From contig JAPYQN010000007.1 in assembly GCA_029941465.1 (NCBI GenBank), forward strand, positions 972 to 62,168: 61,197 nt of DNA, given 5' to 3'. The translations under genes were made by a program, and so were the position numbers. Position 1 is the stretch's first letter. The number at the start of each line of letters is the position of its first letter. Shown here piece by piece: positions 58,997 to 61,197 of this stretch. The stretch is from Gammaproteobacteria bacterium. Its GTDB lineage: Bacteria; Pseudomonadota; Gammaproteobacteria; Steroidobacterales; UBA11654. The notes under the pieces are model-generated. The model was not told the origin of the DNA. It did not search any database and was given only the letters and a program-made list of their open reading frames with translations.

Positions 58997-59434
58997 ATGC
59001 AAAACTTGGATTTAAAGAAAACTTGTGAAATTCTGAACACCATCATGGAGTATGAACTTTCAGGTGTTGTTCGCTACACTCATTCTTCAATAATGGTTAG
59101 CGGCCCATATCGGATTCCAATTGTTCAGTTTCTTCAAGCTCAAGCAAATGAATCGTTGTTACATGCTCAAGAGGCAGGCGAATTATTAACGGGACTTGAA
59201 GGTCATCCCACTCAACAAATTGCCCCTATAGAAGAAACACATCAACATTCTGTTGAAGACATTCTTCAAGAAAGCCTTGACCATGAATTACATGCTTTAG
59301 ATCTTTATAATTATCTTTTAGAAGCCGTTGATGGCAAATCTATTTTCTTGGAAGAATACGCTAGAAATAAGATAGCTCAAGAGGAGCAACATTCTTTGGA
59401 GCTAAGAAAGATGTTGCGTGATTATTCTTCTTAA
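58997..59434 (+). CDS. Bacterioferritin-like (ferritin superfamily) protein
   Basis: Four-helix pattern E..Y / ES..H / E...Y / EEQH, and EAGELLTGLEGHP. Confidence 0.85.
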   Translation: MQNLDLKKTCEILNTIMEYELSGVVRYTHSSIMVSGPYRIPIVQFLQAQANESLLHAQEAGELLTGLEGHPTQQIAPIEETHQHSVEDILQESLDHELHALDLYNYLLEAVDGKSIFLEEYARNKIAQEEQHSLELRKMLRDYSS

Positions 59435-60225
59435 TTAGTAGATTTTTGATAGAAAGTTCTAACTGTTGATGCTGCAATTTTTTGTAGAAATAACTTATCA
59501 TCAGTCTTGATAAGACCGTTATAGTCATAGTTTAATCCAACCGGCGATTCATTAAATACACTAGCAAAAACAGTACATGCTGCTAAATAAGTGCCTAATA
59601 GAGCTGGATGTGTGCCATCAAGATTGTGAAGTTTTATAGCTGGTCTTTGCTTGTAAGCATTTTCAAAGGCTAAACCCACTGGAATGACAAGGGTTTGATT
59701 TTTGTTTCCAGCAGTCACATACATCTCCTCAATCACTCTAATGAGATTTGGGTCAAAACTTTTGTGTGGCTCAACGTATGCATGAATCATATATAAAGCT
59801 GCTTCAGAGCCATTAGCTTTTATTCTTTTAATGTGTTCATTCGCTTTTTTAGCAAAAGCTTTCCTGTCTTTCTTTGATAATCCTTCTCCGCTGCCACCTT
59901 GAAGAATCACTAATTCAAATTTATTAATTAAGCTAATTGCTTTAGGTTTTAGTAAATGATCAAGGTTGTGGTGTTTTAATCTAGAGCCCCCAATTGTTGA
60001 TGACTTGACATTTTTACCTCCCTCATAACCTGGGTATCTTTCATCAGCCATTCTTTTAAAATGATTATGCAAACTATCGTTGTAGTAAAGATAACTATTA
60101 CCAACAAATAAAATACTCGTTGGCGATGTGCGCTTTAATTTTTTGATCTCTGGAGTAACTGCATCAGTTATTGATGAATAATTCACAAACACCAAAATCA
60201 GCAGAGATATACTTATTTTTTTCAC
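59431..60225 (-). CDS. Exported SGNH/GDSL-type hydrolase-like protein
   Basis: Signal peptide, LFVGNSY (block I), VILQ and DGTHP (DxxH). Confidence 0.75.
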   Translation of the reverse strand: MKKISISLLILVFVNYSSITDAVTPEIKKLKRTSPTSILFVGNSYLYYNDSLHNHFKRMADERYPGYEGGKNVKSSTIGGSRLKHHNLDHLLKPKAISLINKFELVILQGGSGEGLSKKDRKAFAKKANEHIKRIKANGSEAALYMIHAYVEPHKSFDPNLIRVIEEMYVTAGNKNQTLVIPVGLAFENAYKQRPAIKLHNLDGTHPALLGTYLAACTVFASVFNESPVGLNYDYNGLIKTDDKLFLQKIAASTVRTFYQKSTN

Positions 60226-60235
60226 TTCTATTCTC

Positions 60236-60919
60236 TTAATTTATTATCTCAGCATGATTTCTCAGTGAGGAAAATGCAAAGCTTAAGGAGAATATGCTCA
60301 ATAAATGAATAAAGGTTATTAATTTTTGCATTGTCGCTTGCATTATCATTGCCTCAATACTCATTAAAGGACTGTCTGCTAATAATTGATATAAAACATA
60401 TGAGAAGGTGCTTAATAGAAAAAATAAAGTGACAAATGAGTAACTTTTCTTAATAGGACTTCTTAGCAACACTACTAGATAAAAGATACCTGCAGGAACC
60501 ATTAATCTAAATCCATTCAAGGCAAAAAATATATGTTGATCCAAGTATAAATCATGCGGTGTAAAACCCACTCCTGCGAAAAAACATGTCCCCATAAAAA
60601 AGAACATTGATCCAACAATAGCTAAATAATAATTAGTTCTATCATTCTTGAATAAGCCCGGCACATACAAGAACGCTATGCCACCAAAAATAAAGCTGAT
60701 CATACAGGCGTTGAAAATATATGATGAAACAACATTTGTTTCTCCTGAACGTGCATTCATACCTCCTAAATCACTTAGAAAATTATGAGTGAAAGAATAG
60801 CCAGTTTGTAGAGGATCATGAATGTTTCCTCCTGGATAATAATACATAGAAATTGCAATCCCAATTGTAAATACTATTGGGATAAATCTTATTACCTTGA
60901 CTGTCCAGAAATACTGCAT
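60236..60919 (-). CDS. Integral membrane protein (DUF998-like)
   Basis: YPGG...YSFTHNFLSDLG, GVGFTP.D...H and about 6 TM. Confidence 0.6.
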   Translation of the reverse strand: MQYFWTVKVIRFIPIVFTIGIAISMYYYPGGNIHDPLQTGYSFTHNFLSDLGGMNARSGETNVVSSYIFNACMISFIFGGIAFLYVPGLFKNDRTNYYLAIVGSMFFFMGTCFFAGVGFTPHDLYLDQHIFFALNGFRLMVPAGIFYLVVLLRSPIKKSYSFVTLFFLLSTFSYVLYQLLADSPLMSIEAMIMQATMQKLITFIHLLSIFSLSFAFSSLRNHAEIIN

Positions 60920-60964
60920 GGCATTAATCTACATTTCTATTATTGCTAAAGCAATCCAAAAAAA

Positions 60965-60993
60965 TTAGAGATGTAATCGAAATTCGCTATAAT
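60965..60993 (+). promoter_or_regulatory. Putative sigma70 promoter of tRNA-Gly
   Basis: TTAGAG-N17-TATAAT ending 18 nt before the tRNA 5' end. Confidence 0.5.
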
Positions 60994-61011
60994 GATACCT
61001 TCATAATTTTA

Positions 61012-61084
61012 GCGGGAATAGCTCAGTTGGTAGAGCGTTTGCTTGCCAAGCAAAAGGTCGCCGGTTCGAACCCGGTTTCCCGCT
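61012..61084 (+). tRNA. tRNA-Gly (anticodon GCC), CCA not encoded
   Basis: GCGGGAA/TTCCCGC acceptor stem, anticodon arm TTTGC-TTGCCAA-GCAAA and T-loop TTCGAAC. Discriminator T is followed by CAA. Confidence 0.96.
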
Positions 61085-61159
61085 CAATTTTTAACAATAA
61101 CGGATGGTGTAATTGCTACTCATGCAGTATATACAAAAAATTATACAGAACATTAGGTT

Positions 61160-61197
61160 ATGAAAACCGTAAATAAATTGATCCAATTTATTTTTCT
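61160..61197 (+). CDS. Possible start of a CDS truncated by the window end
   Basis: AGG then ATG; reads MKTVNKLIQFIF... open to the end of the window and looks signal-peptide-like. Confidence 0.3.
   Translation, partial: MKTVNKLIQFIF

Noticed and set aside
60943-61176. 77-aa ORF in the track
   Set aside because: It runs through the tRNA-Gly gene; AGIAQLVER...GSNPVSR is the typical translation of a tRNA sequence.
1-61197. CRISPR arrays, IS elements, integrases, prophage or defence genes
   Set aside because: No regularly spaced repeats, terminal inverted repeats, or recombinase, transposase or phage structural motifs were seen. I did not spot a duplicated tRNA 3' end, though the search was by eye only.

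Overview
Gene-dense, AT-rich (roughly one-third GC by eye) chromosomal segment, most likely from a streamlined Gammaproteobacterium (inferred from gene content and synteny; habitat not visible). Most of it is housekeeping: lpdA (partial), nth, a split metG, dcd, purMN, hda, a short proS, pssA, valS-holC-pepA, lptFG, cpoB-queE-queC-tRNA-Lys, thrA-thrC, tatD, acnA, mnmA, purB, fumC, mazG, uvrC-pgsA and tRNA-Gly. Two accessory blocks are present. The first (about 23.9-38.0 kb, after tRNA-Lys) is rich in poorly characterised redox and catabolic enzymes plus a TonB-dependent receptor. The second (about 53.5-60.9 kb, between pgsA and tRNA-Gly) holds exported hydrolases and a putative iron-handling pair. 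The best candidate for an undescribed system is the co-transcribed pair at 25035-26585: a lipoprotein-anchored, catalytically remodelled HemF (coproporphyrinogen oxidase)-fold protein followed by a HemJ/DUF2269-like membrane protein. Other notable signals are an apparently exported, C-terminally anchored NAD(P)-binding SDR, a P-loop kinase-like gene beside a thrB-less thrA-thrC operon, recurrent TAnnnT-N6-ATG (leaderless) starts, and an unlisted 35-aa membrane ORF. I saw no CRISPR array, integrase, transposase or rRNA. All family calls come from motif recognition by eye, not from database searches.
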